Positions 24,837 through 37,000 of a stretch of 64,000 nt of DNA are shown here, one piece after another. Both the position numbers and the translations under genes were made by a program. The notes beneath the pieces were generated by a model. That model saw nothing but the letters and a program-made list of their open reading frames with translations, was not told the origin of the DNA and searched no databases. This DNA comes from Selaginella moellendorffii. Taxonomy: Eukaryota > Plantae > Lycopodiophyta. The DNA lies in NCBI RefSeq assembly GCF_000143415.4, contig NW_003314278.1, forward strand, positions 636,371 to 700,370. The letters are read 5' to 3'. Every line of letters begins with the position of its first letter. Within the stretch, counting starts at the first letter, position 1.

Positions 24837-26687
24837 ATGCGGCATCATGCCTTGGAGCTTGCAAGACAAGCGCTCGACGACTTTAGGGCCCCGTCGGGCG
24901 ACGCCACGACCTCCGCCAAGGATTCGTTTGCTCGGCTCTTAGCAAGCTGCCGGGATGTGGGCGAGGGCAAGCGCATCCACTGCTCGATTCTCGAGAGGGG
25001 CCTCGGCCATAGCAGACTCCTCGCGAATCTCCTCATCCAAATGTATGGAAGGTGCGGCCACGTCGACGCCGCGCGAGGGATATTCGAATCCATCGGCGAG
25101 CCCAACGTCTTCTCGTGGTGCATCCTCCTCACGGCATATGCCGAGAATGGGCATCTTGTTCAGGCGCGAAGGATATTCGATTCCATGCCCGAGCACAACC
25201 TCGTGTCATGGACGGCCATGATCGCGGCATTTTCACAACGGCACGATCTTCATGAGGCACAGGCGCTCTTTGACTCGATGCCCGCGCAAAGCATTGCCGC
25301 GTGGAATGCCCTAATTACGGCATATGCCACAAGTGGGCATTGTGAGACAGCAAGGCACTTGTTCAACTCTATGCCAGCCCGGGACATCATCTCCTGGAAT
25401 GCCCTAATCGCGGCGTATGGTGCAAACACCTTGCTAGGAGAAGCCGCGGGCCTCTTCTGGGCCATGCCCGAGAGAAACGTGGTGACGTGGACCTCAATGC
25501 TCACGGCATATGCCCAAGGTGGGCATATGCTTGAAGCGAGAAGAATATTCGACTCCATGCCCGAGAGGAACGTTGTGTCTTGGACCGCGATGCTCCACGC
25601 ATATGCCGAGAGCGGGCATCTAGGGCTCGCTAGGGCGACGTTTGAGGCGATGCCCGAAAGGAATGTGGTGTCGTGGACGGCCATGGTCCAGATCTACGCG
25701 CTTGCCGGCCAGGTCGAGCGCAGCAAGGAGATCTTTGATGATATGCCCCAGAGAAACCCTATGTCTTGGACGACTATGATCCAGGCTTACGCTTGCCACG
25801 GGCAAATCCGGGAGGCCGCGGCTACATTCCAGGCGATGCCGGCGTGGGATATGGTGGCGTGCACGGCGATGCTCGCGGCGCACGCCGCTAGCGGGGATTT
25901 GGAGGCGGCGAAATCGCGCTTCGATGGAATGCCAGCGTGGGATCTGGTCTCTTGGAGCGCGCTCCTCGCGGCGTATTCCCTGCGCGTCGATCGGCCGGAG
26001 CTCCTCGAGAATCTCCACGAGCAGGGGTCAGGAGAGAGCGATGGCGCCGTAATATCGGGCAAGATGCTGGATCGGGCAAAGACGCTCTTCGATCTGGTGC
26101 CGGAGCGCGATCCAGTCATGTGGACGTGGATGATCGCGGCGTACTCCCACGCCGGCCATCTCGATCGAGCGCGCAGGTTGTTTGAGACGATGCCGGAGAG
26201 GGATCTGGTGTGCTGGAACACGATGATCGGCGTGTATGCCGAGTCCGGCCACCGCGTGATCATCGAGCTCGTCCAGGCGATGGAGCTCCAGGGCCTGGAC
26301 CCCGATCGATTCTCCTTCATGAGCGCCATCGCTGCGTGTAGCCGGCTGGGATGGCGCGATCGGGGCTGGAAATATTTCGTGTCGATGATCCAAGATCGGG
26401 GAATCCGGCCCTCGCGAGAGCACTTCTCGTGCGTGGTGGATCTCCTGGGGCGATCGGGGGATCTGGGGCACGCCGAGGAGCTCGTCCGATCGATGCCGTT
26501 CTCGCCGGACGCCACGGATTGGGGGGCGCTGCTCGGCGCGAGCGCGACGCAGCGCGACGTGGATCTGGCGGCGCAGGCGGCAGGGAATGTATCAGTGCTG
26601 GAGCCGGAGATGGCATCGTCCTACGTGCTGCTCGCCAGCGCCCTGGCCGATCGATCGAGTGGGGGAAGAAGAAGAGAAAGTATTTAG
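24837..26687 (+). CDS. PLS-class PPR protein with tandem ~31-aa (SS-type) motifs and E domain, no DYW
   Basis: 616-aa ORF with MPERNVVSWTAM repeats, then GLDPDRFSFMSAIAACSRLG, HFSCVVDLLGRSGDL, WGALLGA and SSYVLLA. Confidence 0.92.
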   Translation: MRHHALELARQALDDFRAPSGDATTSAKDSFARLLASCRDVGEGKRIHCSILERGLGHSRLLANLLIQMYGRCGHVDAARGIFESIGEPNVFSWCILLTAYAENGHLVQARRIFDSMPEHNLVSWTAMIAAFSQRHDLHEAQALFDSMPAQSIAAWNALITAYATSGHCETARHLFNSMPARDIISWNALIAAYGANTLLGEAAGLFWAMPERNVVTWTSMLTAYAQGGHMLEARRIFDSMPERNVVSWTAMLHAYAESGHLGLARATFEAMPERNVVSWTAMVQIYALAGQVERSKEIFDDMPQRNPMSWTTMIQAYACHGQIREAAATFQAMPAWDMVACTAMLAAHAASGDLEAAKSRFDGMPAWDLVSWSALLAAYSLRVDRPELLENLHEQGSGESDGAVISGKMLDRAKTLFDLVPERDPVMWTWMIAAYSHAGHLDRARRLFETMPERDLVCWNTMIGVYAESGHRVIIELVQAMELQGLDPDRFSFMSAIAACSRLGWRDRGWKYFVSMIQDRGIRPSREHFSCVVDLLGRSGDLGHAEELVRSMPFSPDATDWGALLGASATQRDVDLAAQAAGNVSVLEPEMASSYVLLASALADRSSGGRRRESI

Positions 26688-26699
26688 CTTCCATCGCTC

Positions 26700-26707
26700 T
26701 AGGGTTT
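26700..26707 (-). promoter_or_regulatory. Telo-box (AAACCCTA) upstream of inhibitor-2 gene
   Basis: TAGGGTTT at 26700-26707, within TAGGGTTTTAGGG, 22 nt before the ATG. Telo-boxes are common near plant transcription start sites. Confidence 0.45.
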
Positions 26708-26729
26708 TAGGGCGTCGCGGTCGAGGAGG

Positions 26730-27455
26730 ATGAGCGTGAAGAAGAGCGGCAGATCCAAGGCGAGGTAACGCAATGCGCTTTCTAGCGATTCGATTCATCT
26801 CTTGGATTGATCAGAGCTCGCGTCGCGTGGGACGAGGACAATCTCGACTACCTGGAAGCAAACAAGAGCCCCAAGAAGAAGATCACGGAGCCAAAGACGC
26901 CGTATCACGCCCCGGAGGCTAGCGACGGTAAGAATTCCTCCATTTGGAAGACGAGCAAGAGATGGATCGTCCACTTTCCAGGGATGATCTCACCGCTGAC
27001 TGACGATTTGGACGGGATGAGAGTTTGCGACGAATCCTCGTCCGTGGATCCGGAGGCCGTCACGAGCGCGCTACTCGCGTCGTCCTCGAGCAACGGCACC
27101 GGCGGGAGGAGATGGCGGAGGAGCAGTGGGTGGACATCGTCCGAGGATGAAACCGAGGATCGCCGGGGTAAGATCAAGGTTCCATTTTTCCTGGATCATA
27201 GTTCATATAGACGATGTCCGTTGCCCAGAAGAACACCAGCGATTCGCGGAGCTCCGGCGAGCGCACTACGATGAGTTTCGGAGGCTACAGTTGCTGCGCT
27301 TGCAAGGATCGAGCTGGCAAGAGGAGGAGGAGGAGCAAGCTGCTGCGAATGGATCCGCCGGAGGAGATGGAAGACACAACCACCAACAACAAGGATCATC
27401 CTTGCAAATCCAAGCGAACACGAAAAACTCTGGCAACACTCCCGAGAATCAATGA
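26730..27455 (+). CDS. Protein phosphatase 1 inhibitor-2 (IPP-2) family, 4 exons
   Basis: Spliced peptide MSVKKSGRSKAR/ARVAWDEDNLDYLEANKSPKKKITEPKTPYH.../...EEHQRFAELRRAHYDEF contains the RVxW, PKTPY and HYDE motifs. Confidence 0.9.
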
Positions 27456-28004
27456 AGAAACTCGTGAGTTCTTCCAATTGATATAGATGCGTGACTTGTG
27501 AAACTAAAATAAGAAGGGTCCCCACCTTTGCGTTATCTTGAGTGCCACGTCATGCGGAATCTAACAGAATATAACTATTCAAATATTCTTTGTGTGTATT
27601 TTCGCGGTGAAATTTTCTCTGTTGGATGGCCACTGCAAGAAGAGGAATGAGAGATGAATACCACTTCAAATTCGTCTTCCAGTGGCCTTCCAAAAGGGAA
27701 GAGCTTTTGATTTGGTTTTGCCGATTGTTTCTTCTGGCATGGAGCATACGCCGGAGCAACAGCCACGGCGCTGGCGCAGTCTTTTCGATATGGTCGGAAC
27801 TCAGTGCACAGTCGCTGTGCATGACGCGCTCCATCGTCTCGCGACTGGGTCTTCTCATTCTTCCATTTAAATAGCGCCCGACCATACTCATTCAATTCCA
27901 GAGCAATTCAATCGACACTGACGGCGCTATCCAAAGAGAGTTCTAGCAAGCAAGCACCACCAAGAAAGAAAAGAAAGATAGAACAAAGCTCCATAGCCAC
28001 AAGC

Positions 28005-29268
28005 ATGGAGAACGCCCGAGGAATTCTCATCGCCATACTGGTCGTTCTTCCTCTGCTGCTCCAGGCAGCCAAGATTTCTCTCTCTCCACCAGATGGAAAC
28101 TCGTACGAAAAAACTAAAAGAGTTTCTCTCGACGATGGTTCTAAAGTTTGGTTTCCTCTTTTCGTTGTTTCCAGGATTGATTTCGAGGTAACCGCCAGCG
28201 GTTTCCAAATCTACTCGTGCGTGGATGTCAACAAAACCGGCCATCTCTCTTGGGTCCTCGACAGAGCCGAGGCCGAGCTCTTCGACGCCAAATTCCACAT
28301 CCTGATTGGATTCCACTACTTTCTTCCAAAACCCGATGCTGGAGGAGGCCGAGCAACTTGGTCCTTGCTCAAAACCCCGGGCTCCTCCTCGTCCGAGCTC
28401 CCCTCGAGCACGGTCACAGGTATAAAGCTATCGAAACTTTCACTGCATTGCTATTCATCTCAAACGCTAACATTGTTCTTGCTCTTCGTGATCGATCGAC
28501 CAGGCAAGACCATATCCAACTTATCCGGAGGCCGAGGCAACATCGACGATCTCTTGGTGCAAGCCACCTCTCACAGTGGACACACGCGACTTGGCAGAGC
28601 CTCCTACATCCAGAGGATCAAAACTCGCGGAGGAACCGCTCCAAGCGATGAGATTTGCAAAGTCGGCGGCATGACGCAAGCAGTTCCATACAAATCCGAC
28701 TACGTATTCTGGACCCAGCAAGCCTCCGACGTCATCGAGGGACACCACGGCTACATCGACGCGAAGTATTCCACTCGGCCACTGTTCGTGCTCTTTGGCG
28801 AGGGATTCCAGCACTACAAGTTTGATGGCTCGGCCTGGCAGCTCTTCAATGCCTCCGCGCTGCTTTCTTCGATTCCCGGCCAGGAGGTGATTGGCGACCA
28901 CTACTTTCTCGAGACCAAGGACGCTCGCGGCGGACAACCGACGTGGTCGAGCTTTGCCTCGCCGAGCACCGTGACGGCAAAGCCTGTGAATACTTTGAGG
29001 CCCGCCACGAGCGATAGTATTTCTTGGGCGGATCTCCACGCAACCGGGAACACCGGAGACAAGTAAGCTTGATCGGATTCTCTGTTCTGCCAGAAACTTA
29101 CAAGTTGTTGCTGTTCTTGGTCCCAGATACTTTTTCGGAGGGGTGACGTATGTTCAAAGACGCTCCACGAGGGGTGGTTTGCCACCGCAAGTATCGAGAG
29201 CTCCAAAAGTTGGCGATGTGTTCCTGTCGCCTTACTCAGCGGTCTACTGGTTCTACGTGTCGAGCTAG
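28005..29268 (+). CDS. Secreted protein with two tandem DUF3455-like domains
   Basis: Signal peptide, then two repeats of GxQxY...IGxHYF...GGxxTW...YIQR/YVQRxxTRGGxxP...PYxxxYxF. Introns at 28103-28174 and about 28420-28504 (both in frame) and about 29062-29127. TAG at 29266-29268. Confidence 0.72.
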
Positions 29269-29372
29269 TCAAAAACTCTTTTTTCTTGCTTTTGAAAGCA
29301 CTGAAAGAAACTGTCCATTGCAAGAGACAAGATACAGAGTCCTCCTCTCCACTCAAACTTTTCTTTCAATCT

Positions 29373-30480
29373 CTAGAAGTAGACATTGGCAGCTTTCCTG
29401 AGCTTGGTGGCGATGGCTCCGGACGCTCCATCGGGATAGAAACCTCCGGGCTTTCTCGCATCGCCGGTTCCATACACGATCTCAAGAACCTGTTGTGGTG
29501 TCCGAGCGAAGGACAGCGAGAACTTATCGCCCACGAGAATGTTGCCTTCGATCTTCTGCTCGGCCCCCAGACACTTTGGAACCACCAGGCCTTCGTCGTC
29601 GATGCCGGTGGCGTCGTCCAGATTGCTTCGAAGCAAGCTGAGCTTGCTGGTGATCTCGTGAACTGTAAGCTTGTAAGGCTCCACCACCGTGTCCTTTCTC
29701 TCGTACAAGTAGGTCCGAATAACTGCGTCTTGTCCGGACTCGACACCGAGGAGCCCAGCAAGGAGCTACAAAGAGCAAGCTTTAGAGCTACCTGAAGAAC
29801 CAAGAGGAAAAATGGGATTTTTCTTGCTTACCCTCTTTCCATCAGAGCTCTGAGTGAGAGGATTCGCACCAACGTAGCCAGTGAGCCCAACGTAAGGAAT
29901 GGCATAGCTCGCTAGCATGTAGTTCAAGCTGTTCTCGTAAGGACTGAAAGGAGGATCCAGCTTTATTCCCAATGCCTTCTCCATGATGGTGTTCCAGTTC
30001 TCCACGCTCAGATCCAGCAGAGGCCTTGGGAAGCCTTCTTCCTTTACAACCCCCTTGATTGCTCTAAGAAGAAAGAGCAAGAATGAATGCCATAAAAGGA
30101 AAAAAAAACAGAGAGAACTTTGCTTACTTCAAGTGACCAACTTCTTGCAGAGCAAACTGGGCGATGATGTCACGAACCAGAATGTCGAGCTTGGCCTTCT
30201 GCGCACCCTTTGGAGCCGGGCCATTCTCCGCAAGGCCGGGATCAAGCTTGTCCAAGCCATAGCCCAGAGCCCCATAAGCGAAAAACTCTGTCTCCAGGTA
30301 CTCGAGATTCAAAGGGAATGCCAGTAACTTCTTGTCATCGGGCGTGACATCTCCTTTTGGAGCAAACGCAGCCGACGAGACCTCTCCACACGCTTCCTCG
30401 TCGTGAGCATAGCTAACAAAGAATCCAGAAAAAAGGAGGATCAAAACCACAACACTGCTAGTTCCAAAGATCAAACCCAT
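29373..30480 (-). CDS. Desiccation-related protein PCC13-62 (ferritin-like domain), 3 exons
   Basis: Signal peptide, then LLAFPLNLEYLETEFF, QFALQEVGHL, FPRPLLDLS, PPFSPYENSLNYMLASYAIPYVGLTGYVGANP, LVAGLLGVESGQDAVIRTYLYE and ARTPQQVLEIVYGTGDARKPGGFYPDGASG. Confidence 0.93.
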
Positions 30481-30586
30481 CGCACTTGCAAACTCTCTCT
30501 TTTTTATCTCTAGCTACGGAGCTCAGAGGAAGAAAAATGTGATACCTTGGGTTGGGTCAGCATAAGAGAGGAAGAAGTGTCTCGCA

Positions 30587-30720
30587 TTTATATTTGAGAC
30601 GTTTTTTTCACTGCATGCAAATGGTAGCTACAAGCGTCAGTTAAAGAGCAGGCATGAGCTTCCACCTAAAATTCCACATCCGTGGCAGCCATCTCACCGT
30701 TGACGCGGCGCTACGTGTGA
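30587..30720 (-). promoter_or_regulatory. Putative PCC13-62 promoter with TATA-like box, RY element and ABRE core
   Basis: ATATAAA on the minus strand near 30587-30593, TGCATGCA (RY) at 30612-30619 and ACGTG at 30713-30717, all upstream of the ATG at 30480. Confidence 0.4.
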
Positions 30721-32773
30721 GGACACAGCGGCCAGATCGTGGGCTGATCACTGACGAGACAAATTTCGCCAAAGAGAAGAAAACAAGAACAAGGTCGTAG
30801 ACCGGGGAGGGAAGAAATCGCGTCGCTGCCCCAAATTAGGGCTTTTGAGGTCTTGTGCCGGAATATTTCAATGATAATTATGTGATACTAATGATGGTGA
30901 TGCTTGTCGCCTTTACCCTACTTTCGAATTTACTGGGAGTGGAATCTCCCAGTAAATGGGGATTGTATTTGGGCTTGATGAGGTCTCATTGCAACTGTTT
31001 CCTGTGTTCTAGAAAATTTCTATGAAATAGATTTGGAATATTTTATTTGTTTGTGATTTACGCATGTACAACCTGTTTTAGATCTTGTCGCATAAGATCT
31101 TGACTCCTATGGTGGAGAAGCTATATTAGCCTTACAGATAGGGAAATTTTAAAAGATATACACAAGTTAGGATGAAGAAATGAATATGACTTTCTTCAAT
31201 AATAATGGCAAGAAAAACATATGGTGATGGGACATGATACGACTCAATGTTGTATGAGTCATAATCATAACACTGGTCTTATGTAATATAAAGTTTCTAA
31301 CTTACCAACTTTCTCTATACCAGCTTTCAGTGTACCAACTTTCTCTACTATTTATATAGTTCACAAGTGGACTGTAAACAAATATATATTTGGTATACAA
31401 TCAGATTTGCAAAAGATTCAGTATTATTCTTATGAATCCTTGGAACTTATGAGGATATATGTGAAATAATAACATTACTCATATTTTGCACTTTCCTTTT
31501 CTGATTTTCTTTAAGCAAGTGTCCAAATGATAACATTTTTTGTTAGAGGTTGGAGCTAGCCACTTGGAGTATTTACTATCTACTAGTAACAAATAACATT
31601 ATCATTTTGAGACTTGACATTTATTATCATGGAATTTTATGAGAAAAAAGGCTAGAGCATCTACATCCAACTACTAATAATCTTGGAATAAAGTTGCAAC
31701 TACTAGGTTGAAGTATCTATATGCAACTACTCCAATAGTTTTTCCTCATATAATTCGCAGTCTGAGATGGCATCTTTGACAAATAATAAGAAAAATAAAA
31801 TAGCTTTCCAAAGAAATGAATCTTCAAAACTCTTACCTCTTCATAAAAATATGTAAAATTTATTCACATACTTTGATGTTTATCAAAGAAAAAAATGTGT
31901 CTAGTAGGAGGTTGTGTACCTATATGAGTCCATCTCATGGTGAGCATTTTTCAAGTTTTGTAAATATAAAAGTTAATTATCATTGTTCTGAATCAGTCAC
32001 TAAACAAACAATGAGACTAGACCACAATTGTTTAAAGTATGAATTCTTCCTTTTGAAAGGAAACAAAACTCATAAGTTTGCTTTTAATAAACATTTGACA
32101 GTATGCCACAAGTTTGAAATACAAACTTTTTAACTTTGAGCCAATTCAAACCAATAAGTGAGGTATCCTTAAATGCATAGTCATGTTAGAATTGTGTTTT
32201 TCCCAAATACGTAATTACATCAGAATTATAAGTATCATCAAGAATATAAAATTTTGTAAAATTATTGTCATTAGGGTTATCTTACCAAGAAATAATATAA
32301 ATGCATGCAAACATCTATCATTCATGCAATACCTATTAGTTCAAATTTATCTACTTTTATTTCTCTTATAAATACATTATTTTTCTAAGTAACATGTTTT
32401 CTAAAGCACTCACATTATAGTAAATATTTTGAATATTAGAAGCAAATTGCAACAAGCAGTCTTTGATTAGCCTACAAAATCTAAATTATATTAACTCAGT
32501 GTAGCTTGCCAAACAATTTGCTACTATACTAGGAATAAAAATTTCTACAACAACTAAGCAATTACTATGAACCTCATCAACTATCCCTATATATATCTTA
32601 TTTTTGTATGAAGCATATATAGCAACACTTAACAATAACTCATGTAGGACTCTTTATAAATATTATTTTGAAATATTAGTAATGATTTTTTTATAAAGTT
32701 CTCTTTCAAATATAATATTTACTATAAATATGTTTAATGAATTATTTTTATTCTATTCAGTATGTAACTTTGT

Positions 32774-32905
32774 TGTAAGTAACTAAAGAAAATGACTCAT
32801 TAGACAATGCATAAAAGTTCAAATATTAAGGGAAAGGGCTTATGAATAAAGTGCACCTCATTTTCCAATTTATTAAAAGGCTTAGGATACTTAGGGTTAA
32901 GAGTT
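32774..32905 (+). mobile_element. Highly degenerate fragment of the Cassandra-type TRIM LTR
   Basis: gttcaaatattaagggaaagggcttatgaataaagtgcacctcattttccaat...ggatacttagggttaag aligns by eye to the reverse complement of 48397-48590. Confidence 0.55.
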
Positions 32906-32958
32906 TTTTTGTCCATAAGATATATTTTACATCTTTCATCAATCTTAATTTTACAAAT

Positions 32959-33061
<103 letters not shown>

Positions 33062-33225
33062 AGGTTCTCTTTCTAATGTATATTTCAAACTGGCTTTGTC
33101 TATACATAATAAGTTTAAAATGATTTTATATATATATATATATATACCATTATTATTATTTCTTTATTGATTCTTAAGTTACTATTTATAAGGCTTCTTG
33201 TGCTAAATATAATTTATAACTTTAT

Positions 33226-33310
33226 AAGTGCGTGGAATATTGAAATGGAATACAGAATCATGCATATTCAATTAACCCTAAAACCTTAGCTTATAAGTAG
33301 TCCTAATTAA
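33226..33310 (-). mobile_element. Degenerate LTR fragment of gypsy family A
   Basis: gtgcgtggaatattgaaatggaatacagaatcatgcatattcaattaaccctaaaaccttagcttata resembles the LTR at 34151-34325. Confidence 0.65.
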
Positions 33311-33322
33311 AACAAATTTAAT

Positions 33323-33808
33323 AGATTCTCAGCCGCTTGCATCGTTTCCGAGACCAAGGAAGCCTCTCCAGGTGGATTTCTCTAGATTCAATTGGATTCC
33401 AATGCCTGATCTGTAGCACTTTCATTTTGAGAACTTTTAGTTTGTCTCTTCTATGATGTTTCCCAATGCTGATCTTCGATTTTGTGATCTCCAGCCGGAG
33501 CTGTGGATGACACGACCTTTAAATCTCTAGTGCTCGAGTCTGAGATTCCCGTTTTGGTGGACTTCTGGGCTCCCTGGTGCGGGCCGTGCCGGATGCTGGA
33601 CCCGGTGATCGACAGCATTGCCGAGAAATACAAGGGCAGGATCAAGTGTTACAAAGTTAATACCGATGACAGCTCCAAGACCGCAACAGAGCTGGGAATT
33701 CGCAGCATCCCGACGTGCATGATCTTCAAGCAAGGTGAGAGATTGGACACCGTCATAGGCTGCGTTCCAGAGACCACTTTGATTACCACCATCGAGAAGT
33801 ACATATGA
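33323..33808 (+). pseudogene. Plastid thioredoxin m-type, 5'-truncated (no start codon or full transit peptide found)
   Basis: Exon about 33495-33808 encodes [15 protein letters not shown]...[15 protein letters not shown]...[15 protein letters not shown]...IGCVPETTL. An upstream exon remnant RFSAACIVSETKEASP ends at a GT donor at 33372 and abuts an LTR fragment. Confidence 0.7.
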
Positions 33809-34035
33809 AGCAAACAGGGGGGTATAGCCTTTGACGTTTGCAGCTTGTTGCTCATCCGACCAGCCAAGAAGCCGAGAGAAAATAATTACTTTGGTCAATT
33901 GAGCATCTTCTGTATTATACTTTGTCTACCTTCATTGCCAAGACAAATTTTATATTTAATCTTGTTGATATACTTAAAGTCATATAAAAGGGTCAATGAT
34001 GTTGTAGCTCTTTTAAACACTGTTAAAATATACAT

Positions 34036-37000
34036 TGTGAGTGCATGGAATATAAAAATGAAATATAAAAATGGAATATAAAAATGTACATCTTAATTAA
34101 CCCAAAAACCTTTATTTATATAAAAGAACCAATTAAAATTAATCTGAAATTGTGAGTGCCTGGAATATGGAAAGGGAATACAGAAATATGCATATCAATT
34201 AGCCCAAAAACCCTAGCTTATATATAGGAGCGAGTGGTCCGGATTGAAACCAATCCGACGGCTACCAAGAAACCACTACGCTAATATTAGTATACGGCAT
34301 CGTAGCCGTACACTTGGCCCTCACATCATCCCCTCCTCTCGGAATAATGGAAGGCCGTCAGGGTTCTCTTGTAGATGGGCCGGGATCTGGAGGAATGTTA
34401 GGAGGAGGCATCGGCGGATCTGTAGACGCTATTAACTACTCCTGATCCCTTTGTATGAAGCGTTTTAACCGCTGCACATGCACAATCTTTGGAGGATCGG
34501 CCTGCTGAACGTCATGCCGAACCTCATAAACTTGCAGTCCAACTTGCTGCAACACCTGATACGGTCCTTTCCACTGCGCAAGGAGCCCCTTAGATAAACC
34601 ACGTACCGTAAGATGGGGAAAACGGACTAACACCAAATCATCCACTTTGTACTCCGCAGGTGGACGATGATGGGAGTTGTAGCGCCGTTGTTGTCCCACT
34701 TGTACGCGGCCTAAGTGTTCGGCAGACTCTGCTCGGACAAGTGGAAGAATGCTTGTCAAATACTGATCCCATGACCTAGCATCAGGAGCTCGTGGCAATC
34801 GCGAAGGTAACCCTAGCTTTGTTGGTAATATTGGATCATGACCATATAGAAGTTTATATGGTGAAGCACCAATAGAACTCTGCACCCCTGTGACATAAGC
34901 ATACCGAAGAGACGGCAAATAACCATCCTAATCCGAATGCTGAAAGTTCACATACTTCGCAATCATCCCTTTGAATGTCCGAACGAGCCGTTCCACCAGA
35001 CCGTCTGATTGTGGATGATAAGCACTCGTAAAAGTGTGGCGTATCCCCAACCGAGATGTCAAAACATGAAATACCTCAGCCATAAATGCAGGACCATTAT
35101 CCGAAAGAATCCGCTCTGGACAAGAATGCTGGAACACCACTCGATTGAGGAGGAAGTATCCAACAGCAGTTGCAGAGGCGCTAGCAAGAGCACCAACTTC
35201 CACCCAACGAGTCAAGTAGTCAGAAGTAATAATAACATACTCATTGCCAGCAGTCGATCGTGGAAAAGGTCCCATAAGATCAAACGCCACCAACTCAAAC
35301 GGACGGGAAACTGCAATTGACTCCAACCGTCCTTCCGCAGCACAAGGGGGAGTATTACGAGCTTGGCACCAAACGCAGCTACGCACATACCGGATAATAT
35401 CACGTCGCATCTCCGGCCAATAGAAAGACCTGCGCAGCTTCTCGGTGACACGACGGTGTCCCATATGCCCACCTAGAATAGGAGAATCATGGTAGGCATG
35501 GAGAAACCGCGGAATAAACACCGAAGGCACCACCAGCCGTAAATGATCATCAGGATCCGTCCCCATAAAATAAAGAAGGCCATCTTCAAGGCGATATTGA
35601 GAATGTAAATGCCAGAAAGGCAAGTCATCAGCAAGTGATGCAGGATTCTCAAACCCATCTCGAAGCCTTTGAATCCATGGCTCAATCTTTTGAGCCTCGT
35701 GAACCTCATCAAGAGAAGGTAGATCTTGCTCTACACCCTGTGGACACTGAACGTCAAGGACAGCAACTGCCGACAGCATAGAATCCTCATCTAGAAAATC
35801 CACAGATGCTGGAACAACAGGTTCGTCAGAAACATGAGAAGTGAGTGGAGAAGGAAGAGGAGCTCGAGAAAGGGCATCAGCATCAGCCATAGAATTCCTT
35901 GGGCGATGAACAACATCAAAATCATATATCTGAAGCTTCAAAGCCCATCGAGCCGTATGACCAACCAGGTTCTTCCACTTCAATAATGAAGTAACAGCAG
36001 CATGGTCACCTTCAAGTAACGTCCGAGAACCATGTAGATATGCATGAAGTTTCTCGAAACCTCAGACTGCTGCTAAACACTCCTTCTCCGTCGTGGAGTA
36101 GTTCATCTCCGCTGGTTGTAATGTACGGCTTATGTATGCAATAGGATGGCACTGACCAGGCACACTCGAGCTCTCTTGTATTAACACACCTCTAAGACCA
36201 ATGTCAGAAGCATCCACGCGCAAAATAAAAGGTCGAGTGTAGTCAGGATATGCCAAAACCGGAGGAGTCGTCAATAGCTCTTTGAGATTCACGAACGCCC
36301 GCTCACAATCACTTGCAAACCCTCACGAGAAATACGGTACCCAAGATAAGTTGTGTCCTTGGACCCAAACACGCACTTCGACCGCTTCAGCTTTAAACCA
36401 ACGTCGCGTAGCCGATCCAACACTTTACAAACATCACGAACGTGCTCCTCCCACGTCCCCTCTGAGTGGATCAAGACATCATCAATGAAGTCAGCCGTCA
36501 CCTTCGGCATATCGCAAAGAACCTCGTCCATCATCCGCTGAAAAGTTGCTGGAGCATTGTTCAAACCAAACGGCATCACCAAAAACTCGTACAAACCAAA
36601 TGGTGTACGAAAAGCAGTCTTAGGAATATCTTCTTCGGCCATCGGTACTTGCCAATACCCAGAAGCAAGATCTAGCTTGGTGAACCAACGACTTCGCCCC
36701 AGACGATCCAAGAGATCAGCAGTGTGAGGAAGAGGGTACACGTCCGGGATCGTCACTTCATTTAACGGACGATAGTTGATGCAGAAACGAATACTCCCAT
36801 CAGGCTTCGTCACAAGATGAGGTTCACATGCCCAAGGACTCCGCGACTTCCGAATAACACCCTTCTCCAACATCTCCTTGACGTTTGCACGTAAAATCTT
36901 GATCTCCTTGGGTGACCGACGACGAACAAGAACTTTGATTGGACGAGCATCCCCGGTTGGAATGGGATGACGTCTGGCAATCTTGGCCCCAGACAATAGG

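Noticed and set aside
27550-27895. Small ORFs between inhibitor-2 and the DUF3455 gene
   Set aside because: Overlapping ORFs on both strands with no recognisable homology; likely 3' UTR or promoter.
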